Of a stretch of DNA of 64,000 nt, positions 28,654 through 38,331 are shown piece by piece. Source of the stretch: an uncultured Thermoproteaceae archaeon. GTDB lineage: Archaea > Thermoproteota > Thermoprotei > Thermoproteales > Thermocladiaceae. The notes beneath the pieces were generated by a model that made no database searches, was not told the DNA's origin, and saw nothing but the letters and a program-made list of their open reading frames with translations. The number at the start of each line of letters is the position of its first letter. Position 1 is the first letter of the stretch. The position numbers and the translations under genes are program-made. Location: positions 32,001-96,000 of the forward strand of contig CAZNTG010000006.1 of NCBI GenBank assembly GCA_964575955.1, read 5' to 3'.

Positions 28654-31047
28654 CTATGTGAAGAAGTCTGTAATTGATTTTGCTCTCTTACCACTCATCA
28701 ATGAGTCTTCTCTAACACCAAATACCTGTAATATTCTCAATGCTGCAGGTATTACTTGATGCTCTATGTAGTAGTCAACATCTACCTCTCTAATATCTTT
28801 AATCAATATGTACGGTTTTGCTCTATAGGCAATCTTACTACCTCCAGATTTAACAATAACATATCCAATAGTGTCACCTTTAGATACCTTATAACCAGCT
28901 TCAATAAGTTTCTTAGCTGCGTATACATGTGGTGTTATTGTCTTATACTCATTTAGATTCTTATCAAGTGTCTTCCATATTATAACATCATCAAGATTGA
29001 ATCTGTAGTTTTTCAATCTCTGTATTACGTCATGTACATATTTTATAGCTTCATCAATATTACCTGTCTTTAACACTATTTCAGCAACCTTCTCTTGAGT
29101 TTCTTTAGCAATTTCAGCCCAATCACCTCTAGCAGCTTCAAAACCAACAATCTCTATCCTACCATCATCTGTTAATCCTACATACCTCTTCTTAGCTTCT
29201 GTAAATACTATCTTCTTATAAACTTTCTCAAGCTTTATTTCAAATCCAAGCTCTTTCTCTACAAACTCTATAAGCTTTTTAATCTTATCTTCATCATATT
29301 TTACAAATAGGCTATCAGTATCTCCATATATTACTTGTAGATTTATCTTCTTAGCATAGTTTAGCACAGTCTTCATTATATGTCTAGCCCATGCTGTTAC
29401 AGCTTCAGCAACCTCCCTCCTATACCATCTAGCACCAATCCAACCACAGTAACCATACATTGCATTAGCCATAATCTTTAATGCTCTCTGTCTTTCGTCT
29501 AGAATAACGTAGTCTGGGCTATCCTTGGGAATTTTCTTCATTAACTCTCTAATCTCTCTTCTCCTACTCATCAATTCTATTAAAATATGTTTATAAAGTC
29601 CTGGTGGTTCTTTTCTAAATCTATGTTTAACTTCAGGAGCTTCATAATAATCTTCATACTTATCCCATTCTGAAGGTTCTATATATGTGTCAGGTGATAC
29701 ATTATACTTAACCATTATGTTTGGATACATGCTTGTGAAGTCTAGAACTGCGACATCACTATGAAGTCCAGGTTTTGGTTCTAGAACAATTGCACCTCTA
29801 TAGCTCTCATACGGTCTTTCAACCCTGTTAGGTGCAAGCTCGTTCAACTTATATGCTCTAAACATTATCATCCACTCAACACGCATACCTACAGATGCCG
29901 CAGCAACTTGATCGAGTGGTAGACCTGAAATGTATGATAGCTGTATTAGGAATGGTATTAATTTCTCACCAAGCTTATATGTACTATAGACATCTTGTTC
30001 ACAATACTTTATCAATAACTCTCTCCTCTTCTTATCATCCCAATATTCAAATATTCTATGACCTGGAATTAGAATTCTCTCATCTCTAGATAGAATACCA
30101 AAATAATCTGCAACATAGTCAAGACTCTTAATCTTAATATCAGGCATCTCCTCAATAATGTTGTAGAGATCTACATTAGCTCTACCAATAACAGACCAAT
30201 GACCATAAACACTCTGTTCAGGTTTTGAATTTGATCTAGTTACTGTAAGCTTAATTCCAAGTCTTTCAGCTCTCTTTACAAGATATGGCCAATCAAAGTT
30301 ATTTGAATTATATCCAAGTATTATGTCTGGATCATATTCCTGTACATAGTTTACAAATTCTTTCAAAATCTTTCTATCATTCTTATCATCATCCACTGTT
30401 AAAGTTGTTAACTTCCCATCACTATTATATAGAGAGATTATCAATATTGGATCTCTATCAGGATGTGGTGTACCTCTAGGATTATAGACCTCTATATCAA
30501 ATGCAAGCATCTTCAGATTAGGTATATCAGTCTTCTCATGTAGTGTTCTCGGTCTAGTATTTGCTACTAAGATTCTATCAACCTTCTGTTCAGGATATTC
30601 CTTCTTATCAACTTCTTCGACATTATCAACATAGATCCATGAACATGGTCTTAAATCATGATCTATTAGATATCTCATGTAGAATCTTATATCAGCTTCA
30701 ACAACATCTTCAACTTCCTGATACTGTTTTACAAGTTCTCTAAGTTCTCTAACTTTTTCAGGAATTTTTGCAATTATTTTAACAACATTTCTCTCTTTAC
30801 CAAATATCTTCTTAACACATTTCTCAACACCTATAACTCCCTTAGCTTCAAGTCTTTTTCTAATTTTTTCACAAGCTTCATCAGGGTTTACATTGTTCTT
30901 CAATATTGCGTAGAAGTATGGTCTAAAACCTCTATCTAGTAGGAGTACTCTATTACCATCACGATCAATTCCATAGATCCTAAGCTCAAGACCTCTCTTA
31001 CCAATACCATACGTAATATCTAACAACCACATCTCTAGATCAGACAT
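28654..31047 (-). CDS. Family B DNA polymerase (PolB3 type)
   Basis: FDIE, YNSNNFDWPY, DFTSMYP, KIMANAMYGY, YGDTDS, KKRY. Confidence 0.96.
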   Translation of the reverse strand: MSDLEMWLLDITYGIGKRGLELRIYGIDRDGNRVLLLDRGFRPYFYAILKNNVNPDEACEKIRKRLEAKGVIGVEKCVKKIFGKERNVVKIIAKIPEKVRELRELVKQYQEVEDVVEADIRFYMRYLIDHDLRPCSWIYVDNVEEVDKKEYPEQKVDRILVANTRPRTLHEKTDIPNLKMLAFDIEVYNPRGTPHPDRDPILIISLYNSDGKLTTLTVDDDKNDRKILKEFVNYVQEYDPDIILGYNSNNFDWPYLVKRAERLGIKLTVTRSNSKPEQSVYGHWSVIGRANVDLYNIIEEMPDIKIKSLDYVADYFGILSRDERILIPGHRIFEYWDDKKRRELLIKYCEQDVYSTYKLGEKLIPFLIQLSYISGLPLDQVAAASVGMRVEWMIMFRAYKLNELAPNRVERPYESYRGAIVLEPKPGLHSDVAVLDFTSMYPNIMVKYNVSPDTYIEPSEWDKYEDYYEAPEVKHRFRKEPPGLYKHILIELMSRRREIRELMKKIPKDSPDYVILDERQRALKIMANAMYGYCGWIGARWYRREVAEAVTAWARHIMKTVLNYAKKINLQVIYGDTDSLFVKYDEDKIKKLIEFVEKELGFEIKLEKVYKKIVFTEAKKRYVGLTDDGRIEIVGFEAARGDWAEIAKETQEKVAEIVLKTGNIDEAIKYVHDVIQRLKNYRFNLDDVIIWKTLDKNLNEYKTITPHVYAAKKLIEAGYKVSKGDTIGYVIVKSGGSKIAYRAKPYILIKDIREVDVDYYIEHQVIPAALRILQVFGVREDSLMSGKRAKSITDFFT

Positions 31048-31106
31048 TCTACACTATATAATGCAGATTAGACTTTATAAGACCTAACACAACACATAGA
31101 ACAGAG

Positions 31107-31409
31107 ATGTCGAGTGTAGATACTTCACAGGGAAAAGCGACTAAAGCAGAAATTGAAGAAAGACTAAAACAGGCACTATACTACCTAACTAGAGTAGTTC
31201 AAGATATGGGAGTACCTAGAAATATACGTAGAGCTGCAAGTGAGGCAATTAGAGTACTAATGAATCCATCACTAAGTCCCGGAGTTAAAGCATCGATGGT
31301 TATAAGTATACTAGATGATGTATTAATGGATCCAAACATGCCACTATTTAGTAGAGTAATATTTTGGCAAGTAATAAGCATACTTGAACAAATTAAAGAT
31401 ATCGTTTAA
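31107..31409 (+). CDS. UPF0147 family protein
   Basis: DMGVPRNIRRAA, DPNMP. Confidence 0.92.
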   Translation: MSSVDTSQGKATKAEIEERLKQALYYLTRVVQDMGVPRNIRRAASEAIRVLMNPSLSPGVKASMVISILDDVLMDPNMPLFSRVIFWQVISILEQIKDIV

Positions 31410-31416
31410 CCATATT

Positions 31417-32700
31417 TTAATATTTAACAATTTTTGATATGAAAAATCCAGAACATCTATGTATGTGAGGTAAAATGATAACACACTTCCTGAGTATAGG
31501 ACTAGAAATACCCAACTTTAAAATTCCAGTATAGTCAATATCGACATTGTCTAAATTAAGCATAGAGATAACATTATACTCATTCTCTTCATATGTTAAA
31601 GTACATGTACAATAATACACAGTACTACCTCTCAAAACTTTACTTAACACATTTCTAAGAAGATTTCTCTGAAGTCTAGACTTATTTAAAACATCTATAG
31701 GAGTTAACCACATCTTAATTTCAGGATTATGTTGAAGTCTACCTAAACTAGAACAGTCAGGATCTATTAAAAATAGTTTAGTACTATCTCTAAGCTTAAT
31801 AGGAAGATATGTAGAATCAGTATGCACATAGTCAACATTGTATAACCTAATTCTCTCAACATTCCTCTTAATCTCTAAAATTCTTCTTCTAGAAATTTCA
31901 AAACCTATAGTATAAAATCCATATTGAGATATGTAAGACATCTTATTACCAGGACCTGCTGTCAAATCTATAAAAATAGTCTTATACTTCCTACACTCCT
32001 CGAGGAGTAGTTTAGATATAGCTAAACTAGCCTTATCTTGAGGATATATTAAACCATCTCTATACTCTTTCAATTTAGTAACATTAACATCACTATGAAT
32101 AACTATTAAATCATCAAAGTCTGGATCAACACTACAAGAAATACCTTTCTCGTTGAGTCTTCTAACAACTTCGTAAACACTTACTAGATGTGTACATACT
32201 CTAACATACTTAACAGGTTTTTCCATTAAAAACTTCAACAAATCTTCTATACTATCCTCAACATACATCATAAATCTCTCAATAATCCATCTGGGTGTTG
32301 AATATTTTACACTTAATTTCTCAATAAAATCTTTACCATGTAGTAATTCGTTGATATCAAAATTCTTAGATAGTAAAGCTATATCTCTTATACATAGTTT
32401 AAATTTTCTTAAGAATCTATACAACTTATCTACACTGTAATTTCTATACAATATCTCATAAACTAAGACTCGTAGAAGATTTTTTCTATAATTATCCAAT
32501 CTTTCAAGTTTTATATTCAAAAATTCTCTACATATTGCATCTATAGTTAAATATCTCTTTGCAATATTTATTGAGAGAGCTTTAATTATAGGTCTAATAT
32601 TTTCATATTTTATAAGTTTATATATTGAGTCTCTTATAGTTGTCTTCTTCTCAATACAGTATGTGAGTACTTTTGCTGTTAATTCTTCTATCGATAACAT
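31417..32700 (-). CDS. RsmB/NOP2 family RNA m5C methyltransferase
   Basis: QDKAS, DLTAGPGNK, DPDCSSLG, YCTCTL...ENE, GFFI. Confidence 0.9.
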   Translation of the reverse strand: MLSIEELTAKVLTYCIEKKTTIRDSIYKLIKYENIRPIIKALSINIAKRYLTIDAICREFLNIKLERLDNYRKNLLRVLVYEILYRNYSVDKLYRFLRKFKLCIRDIALLSKNFDINELLHGKDFIEKLSVKYSTPRWIIERFMMYVEDSIEDLLKFLMEKPVKYVRVCTHLVSVYEVVRRLNEKGISCSVDPDFDDLIVIHSDVNVTKLKEYRDGLIYPQDKASLAISKLLLEECRKYKTIFIDLTAGPGNKMSYISQYGFYTIGFEISRRRILEIKRNVERIRLYNVDYVHTDSTYLPIKLRDSTKLFLIDPDCSSLGRLQHNPEIKMWLTPIDVLNKSRLQRNLLRNVLSKVLRGSTVYYCTCTLTYEENEYNVISMLNLDNVDIDYTGILKLGISSPILRKCVIILPHIHRCSGFFISKIVKY

Positions 32701-33998
32701 TCTAATGTCACACTACTTCTCAAAGATAAACTTTCAATTATATACTTATGTATTTTCTCAGCTAATTCTTCCTGTTCTCTCCAATATCCTTCAAGTCTCT
32801 TCAACTTCTCTATCTCTCTAAGTGTTTCTAAATATTTTGGATGTATCTTTCCTGGCTTCTCATTTTCAAATGGTGTTCCGGGTAGTGGCATAAATGTATG
32901 TCCACGAATTATACATCCCTTCTTTGCAAATTCAAGCATTACTTTTGAAGTTATTTCAACATCTTCTTCAGTTTCTCCAGGTAGTCCAAATATGAAGTCT
33001 AGACATGGTGTATATCCATATTCTAGACATAGATCAACAGCCTCGTATACACATTCAATATTGTGACCTCTACCTATGTAATTTAGTAGTCTATTACTAC
33101 CTGTCTGTACTCCAATCGAGATCTTCTTATTATCTACATATTTTGAAACTACTTCAAGAACATCTCTATTAATAAAGTCTGGTCTTACCTCACTTGGAAA
33201 TGTTCCTAATACAAGTTTTGATTTACCTTCAACAGCTTCATAAGATGTTTTTAACATATTTTCAAGTGCTTTAATATTTGGTCTCTTACAATCTTTAGAA
33301 CCATATGCAAATCCATTTGGTGCTAAGTATCTTATAGTTTTAATACCAATCTTATAGTAATGTCTACACCATCTATATATTTCGTCAAGACTTCTATACC
33401 TAACCTTAAACATGTATATTCTAGGTGTTTGACAATACTTACATGCATGTTTACAACCTCTCATAATTTCAAGTGGTGCATATATTCTGAACCTGTCAAC
33501 ATATGGGCATGATGTATAGATCTTATCAGGAATGTAGTCTAGAGTCTTTATAATCTTCTCACCATCTCTATAAACTATATTTGGAACATCTCTCAAATCT
33601 TCATAACTGACTAGAGCATCTAGAAGTCTAGGTATTGTAATCTCACCTTCTCTAAGAACAGCAATATCAAAACCAAGTCTCAATAATGTACCTACAGGAT
33701 CACCAGATGCATGAGGACCACCAGCAATAAGTACTAAGTCGTGAGTTTTTCTAAGATCTCTAAGCATTTTCAATTCTTCAATAATCTCAACATCAAATAT
33801 TTGAGGTGTCATAAGTGAATACATCACAACTATGATATCTGAATCACATTTTAGAACTTCATTAACAACATCTCTAGCTAGGATTATATTCTTAACAAAT
33901 CTTCTAGATATTGAATAATTTTCAAGTATTGATAGTACATAAGCTAGAGAAAATCTACTAAGATCAGAATACTTAACTATTATAGTAACACTCTTCAC
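32688..33998 (-). CDS. B12-binding radical SAM protein (TIGR04013-like)
   Basis: AGGPHASGDP, RGCKHACKYCQTP, GTFPSEVRPD. Confidence 0.9.
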   Translation of the reverse strand: MKSVTIIVKYSDLSRFSLAYVLSILENYSISRRFVKNIILARDVVNEVLKCDSDIIVVMYSLMTPQIFDVEIIEELKMLRDLRKTHDLVLIAGGPHASGDPVGTLLRLGFDIAVLREGEITIPRLLDALVSYEDLRDVPNIVYRDGEKIIKTLDYIPDKIYTSCPYVDRFRIYAPLEIMRGCKHACKYCQTPRIYMFKVRYRSLDEIYRWCRHYYKIGIKTIRYLAPNGFAYGSKDCKRPNIKALENMLKTSYEAVEGKSKLVLGTFPSEVRPDFINRDVLEVVSKYVDNKKISIGVQTGSNRLLNYIGRGHNIECVYEAVDLCLEYGYTPCLDFIFGLPGETEEDVEITSKVMLEFAKKGCIIRGHTFMPLPGTPFENEKPGKIHPKYLETLREIEKLKRLEGYWREQEELAEKIHKYIIESLSLRSSVTLECYR

Positions 33999-34053
33999 AC
34001 TAATGATAATGATTAGGGAAGTAATTAAAATCGTAACTCTACAACTATAAGTA

Positions 34054-35901
34054 GTGACAAGTCTAACAATGAATATAGTAGATGTCGATAGTGGAAAGAT
34101 TGAAAAACTTCAAATAGATTTTAAAGATATTAGAAAGTTAATACACCCAACATTAATAATGTATAAGATATCTAAAGATCTAAATCTTAAGAATATACTA
34201 GCAATACTTCAACATCCATCAAAGCTATTTAAAATTCCTGGAACAACATCAATATACTTAATAGATATTGAAAATGATAAGATTAGCTGTGTTAGAGCAC
34301 TTGTAGGAAATATAGATTTTAAACATAAGTTCTTTGGAATATTATTCAAAGATAGGAAGCCTTCAACAATAACTATAGAAGATGATAAAATTCTATTTAA
34401 TGAACCTAAAGATAAAGATCAATATGCTAAGATAGTTGTAGATAAGGATAGATTAACTACAGACATATTTTCAATAAAGCACAATCTAAATATTGACAAA
34501 TTCGAAATATATGTTAAGAAGAGTATTAACGATTCTACAGATGTAGATATTGATAGAGAGTTTATTAGAAAAATAGAAATTCTATATAAATACTCACCAA
34601 TCATCGGTGAAGACTCTCCGGTCAGAAGACATGGTCTAAAAGCAATTATTAATAAGTTAGTTGGTTTAGAACTTAGAGAAGATGTTAAGACTAATATTGA
34701 AAATGTTAGAAGTGATTTAAGATTTTGCTGTAATTACTGTGATGTGTCTTGTCTTAATTCTATATATAACTATAATATTTTTTATTATGACTATATGTAT
34801 AGTATTATTCAAGATTTTGTATATGATAACGATCTTTTAAGTAGATTGAAGTCTAGTTGTGACGATCTTTTCTACATAGTACAGATGTTGTATATGTGTA
34901 GATTTAACTATCCTGAAAAGCTTGAGAAAGGTTTTGAGAAACCTAGTTCTAATCTATACTACTCTATAAGTATGCTTGGTCTATGTCCATTATGTATGTT
35001 ACTCTTCTCTAAGTCTAGAGATTTCAATATTGATATACCTATACAAATTTTGAAATATCTATACAAAATTGATGTTAAGTTAGACGATTTTATTAAGATT
35101 ATTGAAAAGTTCAGGCCAACATTTAGATTTTCTATAATGTTGAAGAATGTTGAAGATATTTTGAAGATTATGTATCAATTTAATGATGTTGATAAACCTG
35201 TCAATTATATTCATCCTAACTCTATTCTTAGAGATAGGAAAGTTCAGGTTGCTATTGATGTAGTTGATGTCCCTGAGCGTATTATTGATATTGCTTTTAC
35301 ATGTATATCTTCTGGAATTGATATTGTTGAAGTAGGTACACCATTATTGAAGTATTATGGAGTTAAGATTGTGGAGTTGTTGAGATCTAACCTTCCTGAG
35401 GGTACTATAATATTTGCAGATACAAAAACTATGGATGTTGGTGATCTAGAGGCAAGAATTATGTATATACATGGTGCTGATATGGTATCTACAATGGCTA
35501 TTGGAACATTATCTAAAATTAAGGAGGCAATATTTGAAGCTGCAAAATTTGACAAGATTCTACTTATAGATTTAATGCAGTGTGAAAATCCTATAAGAAA
35601 GATAGAGGAAATGAGAGAAATTCTCGAAAAAGCATATCCGTGGATAATCATATGTGTTCATAGAGGAATAACAGAGCAGATAAGAGGAATGGGTATTGAG
35701 TCAGATATAGATCTTATCAGAAAGATTAGAGAGATCTTACCTAAAGAGATACCACTAGCAGTTGCTGGAGGAATAAAGTTGGGAATAGCTAAGAAAGTTG
35801 TAGATGCAGGAGCAAATATTGTTATAGTAGGTGCAGCAATATACACATCTAGAGATATTGGAGAAACAGCTAGAAAGATTGTGAAAGAAGTTAAGTCTTA
35901 A
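34054..35901 (+). CDS. Fusion: degenerate aldehyde:ferredoxin oxidoreductase-like N-terminal region plus 3-hexulose-6-phosphate synthase (HPS/KGPDC family) C-terminal domain
   Basis: C-term VQVAID, IVEVGTPLLK, ADTKTMDVG, AVAGGI, IVGAAI (confident); N-term resembles AOR motifs (less certain). Confidence 0.75.
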   Translation: MTSLTMNIVDVDSGKIEKLQIDFKDIRKLIHPTLIMYKISKDLNLKNILAILQHPSKLFKIPGTTSIYLIDIENDKISCVRALVGNIDFKHKFFGILFKDRKPSTITIEDDKILFNEPKDKDQYAKIVVDKDRLTTDIFSIKHNLNIDKFEIYVKKSINDSTDVDIDREFIRKIEILYKYSPIIGEDSPVRRHGLKAIINKLVGLELREDVKTNIENVRSDLRFCCNYCDVSCLNSIYNYNIFYYDYMYSIIQDFVYDNDLLSRLKSSCDDLFYIVQMLYMCRFNYPEKLEKGFEKPSSNLYYSISMLGLCPLCMLLFSKSRDFNIDIPIQILKYLYKIDVKLDDFIKIIEKFRPTFRFSIMLKNVEDILKIMYQFNDVDKPVNYIHPNSILRDRKVQVAIDVVDVPERIIDIAFTCISSGIDIVEVGTPLLKYYGVKIVELLRSNLPEGTIIFADTKTMDVGDLEARIMYIHGADMVSTMAIGTLSKIKEAIFEAAKFDKILLIDLMQCENPIRKIEEMREILEKAYPWIIICVHRGITEQIRGMGIESDIDLIRKIREILPKEIPLAVAGGIKLGIAKKVVDAGANIVIVGAAIYTSRDIGETARKIVKEVKS

Positions 35902-35958
35902 GTCAGTTCGTGACCCACTCGTCACATATCAGTGGGCGCTTTTTCCCATTCATCATTT
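35901..35958 (-). ncRNA. C/D box sRNA
   Basis: Minus ATGATGA-ATGGGAAAAAGCGCCCA-CTGA-TAT-GTGACGA-GTGGGTCACGAA-CTGA; GC-rich island. Confidence 0.82.
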
Positions 35959-35969
35959 ATGTAGTTTCT

Positions 35970-36026
35970 TATCTGCTTGCTGAGTAATCATCATATTTTC
36001 AGTGTAACTCTGACTCTTCATCAATT
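35970..36026 (-). ncRNA. C/D box sRNA (23S H69-like and 16S-like guides)
   Basis: Minus TTGATGA-AGAGTCAGAGTTACA-CTGA-AAAT-ATGATGA-TTACTCAGCAAG-CAGA. Confidence 0.85.
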
Positions 36027-36075
36027 CTACTCTTATTAGAAATGATTTATAAGTACTCTTACATTTAGATGCTTC

Positions 36076-37197
36076 ATGTCTCTGATAGAGAAGATTAAGC
36101 CAATGAGTATTGGTCAGGAAAGACTGCTAAATGCATTAATGGATGATAGAAATGAGATTGTTGGTGCTTTTGGACCAACTGGTACTGGTAAGTCACTACT
36201 ATCCTGTGCATATGGAATATCTGGAGTTTTAAGTGGTAAGTATAAGAAGTTTATTATCGCTAGACCTGTTGTTGATGTTACAACTGGAGAATTGATAACA
36301 CCTGAAAGACTTGGCGATCTATACTACAAGATTGCTTCATCATATCTAGAAGATATTCTTGGAGAATTCATGTCTCGTGATGAGATACTCAAACTACTTC
36401 ATGAAGGTAAGGTCATTGTAACTGATGTATCATATTTAAGAGGTAGAACATTTGACGATTCTGTAATATTTCTAGATGATGCACAAAATGTACAACCTGA
36501 AAGTGCTGCTGAGATCTTAATGAGAATTGGTAGAAATTCTAAATTAATAATTGCTGGTGATCCAGTATTACAGAAACCTGTAACATTTGAAAAAGATGGA
36601 GCAACTCTACTAAGAGAAGTATTACTTAATGAAGAAAATGCAGCAGTAATTGATCTAGGATTGAAGGATATTGTTAGACCTGGAGCTAGGAGAGGTGTAA
36701 AAGTAATATTTGAATTGAGAATGAGGAAGAGAGAATTGACAGAGAGTGAGAGACAACTACTAGACCTAGTTAAAGTATGTGCACCAGATGCAGATGTTGT
36801 AACAGTAATAGAGTTTAAAGCTGAAAAAGATAGTTTAGGAATAAAGTCTGAAAACGTACCTGATGCATTAATAATAGCGAAAGAGGGACATCTAGGTAGA
36901 GTTGTTGGTAAAGGTGGTGAGAGAATTAGAAGTGTTGAAAATGAGTCAGGACTAAGACTTAGAGTAGTTGAAATGACTCTAGACTTCAAGAATTGGATAA
37001 GAGCAATACACCCAGTATCATGGATTGGAAAACACATAATTGATGTAGATCTAGCAGGACCTGAACTAGTAGTAACAGTTAGAAGAAATGCATTTGGAAC
37101 ATTTGTAGGACAGAGAGGAATGTATGTTAGACTACTCGATAGAATATTTAAGAGATTAATAAACGTTGGTATTAGAGCTATGGAAAGTGAAGAGTAA
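36076..37197 (+). CDS. PhoH-family ATPase with C-terminal KH domains
   Basis: GPTGTGKS, YLRGRTF, DDAQN, GDPVLQ; GRVVGKGG and GTFVGQRG KH loops. Confidence 0.9.
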   Translation: MSLIEKIKPMSIGQERLLNALMDDRNEIVGAFGPTGTGKSLLSCAYGISGVLSGKYKKFIIARPVVDVTTGELITPERLGDLYYKIASSYLEDILGEFMSRDEILKLLHEGKVIVTDVSYLRGRTFDDSVIFLDDAQNVQPESAAEILMRIGRNSKLIIAGDPVLQKPVTFEKDGATLLREVLLNEENAAVIDLGLKDIVRPGARRGVKVIFELRMRKRELTESERQLLDLVKVCAPDADVVTVIEFKAEKDSLGIKSENVPDALIIAKEGHLGRVVGKGGERIRSVENESGLRLRVVEMTLDFKNWIRAIHPVSWIGKHIIDVDLAGPELVVTVRRNAFGTFVGQRGMYVRLLDRIFKRLINVGIRAMESEE

Positions 37198-38280
37198 TCA
37201 ATATCTTAAAAGATCATTAACAATATCAGGGTCAAACCTATCAATCTTCATAACATTAACAGCAAAATTTAACAACGCTTCTCTAACATTTGGAGGATTA
37301 TCAGGGTAGAATAGTGGACTTGCAATAACTATAGCTCTAAATGCAAACCATGGTTGACATACATTTAAAATATCTTCATCTCCAGTATACTCAATATACT
37401 TCTTTAGAAATATTCTAAACATATTTTCAAAAACACCAGAAAACTTTCCTGTATCTAGAAGTGAAAACCATATGTAGTTAGTTAGTAGACATGTAACATC
37501 ATCAGCAGGCTCGCCCCATTCACCTCTAGATCTATCGAGAACTATCAATTCATCATTCTCTCTAAACCATATGTTAAATGGATGATAATCACCATGAACC
37601 TGACATAGTCTTGAGTAATACTTCTTAAGTCTCCATCTCCACTGTAGTGCCAAAACTTCAACCTCTCTAAGCCTATCAATAAGTTCAAAATCATCAGGAT
37701 ATGCAGAATCTACAACACCCATAATCATCTCACCATGACCAACAAGATCTCTAATTCTCCTATAGTATAGCCTTTTCATAGAATTAACATCACCTTCAAA
37801 TTTAACACTATGAATATCTACAAGATATTTAACAAGTATTTCAAGTCTTTTCAAATCTCTATCAGACAATTCTCTCCTCTTTAAAATATCTCTCAAATCC
37901 TCTATATATGGTCTACCTGAAGCTTCTTCCATAAGTATGAAAAATTCTTCATAATTACCAACACTATGAAGATCACCAAAATTATCTAAATACCCAACAT
38001 CTATAGATTTTACATGATTTGGAAGTTTATTAAAATCTTTATGAGCCATCAAAAGTACCTGTGCTCTATCTGCAGGATAGTCATGACCAAAACCTTTCTC
38101 ACCTTTTAAGAATTTTAATACAAATCTCTTAACACCTTCGCCCTCAACATCAACTTCAACTCTCCAAGCTTCAGCATGCCATCCTGTTCCAAGAAGATTT
38201 AAATTTATAACTTTCACAGGCTTTCTAAACACTTCTCTTAGATATTTTTCAATTCTATCAACACTTAGAGAGTACGTCAC
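37198..38280 (-). CDS. Aminoglycoside phosphotransferase/choline kinase family protein
   Basis: LGTGWHA, HGDYHPFNI, LDRS, GEPADD. Confidence 0.85.
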   Translation of the reverse strand: MTYSLSVDRIEKYLREVFRKPVKVINLNLLGTGWHAEAWRVEVDVEGEGVKRFVLKFLKGEKGFGHDYPADRAQVLLMAHKDFNKLPNHVKSIDVGYLDNFGDLHSVGNYEEFFILMEEASGRPYIEDLRDILKRRELSDRDLKRLEILVKYLVDIHSVKFEGDVNSMKRLYYRRIRDLVGHGEMIMGVVDSAYPDDFELIDRLREVEVLALQWRWRLKKYYSRLCQVHGDYHPFNIWFRENDELIVLDRSRGEWGEPADDVTCLLTNYIWFSLLDTGKFSGVFENMFRIFLKKYIEYTGDEDILNVCQPWFAFRAIVIASPLFYPDNPPNVREALLNFAVNVMKIDRFDPDIVNDLLRY

Positions 38281-38331
38281 AGTGATAATGTATTTAAAAA
38301 TCTTAAATATATTACTACTGAACTAGAAGTT

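Noticed and set aside
28654-31047. Intein in DNA polymerase
   Set aside because: 797 aa is normal length; no intein motifs
34054-35220. Fae domain as N-terminus of the HPS fusion
   Set aside because: Region is over twice Fae length and lacks Fae motifs; its motif order fits AOR better
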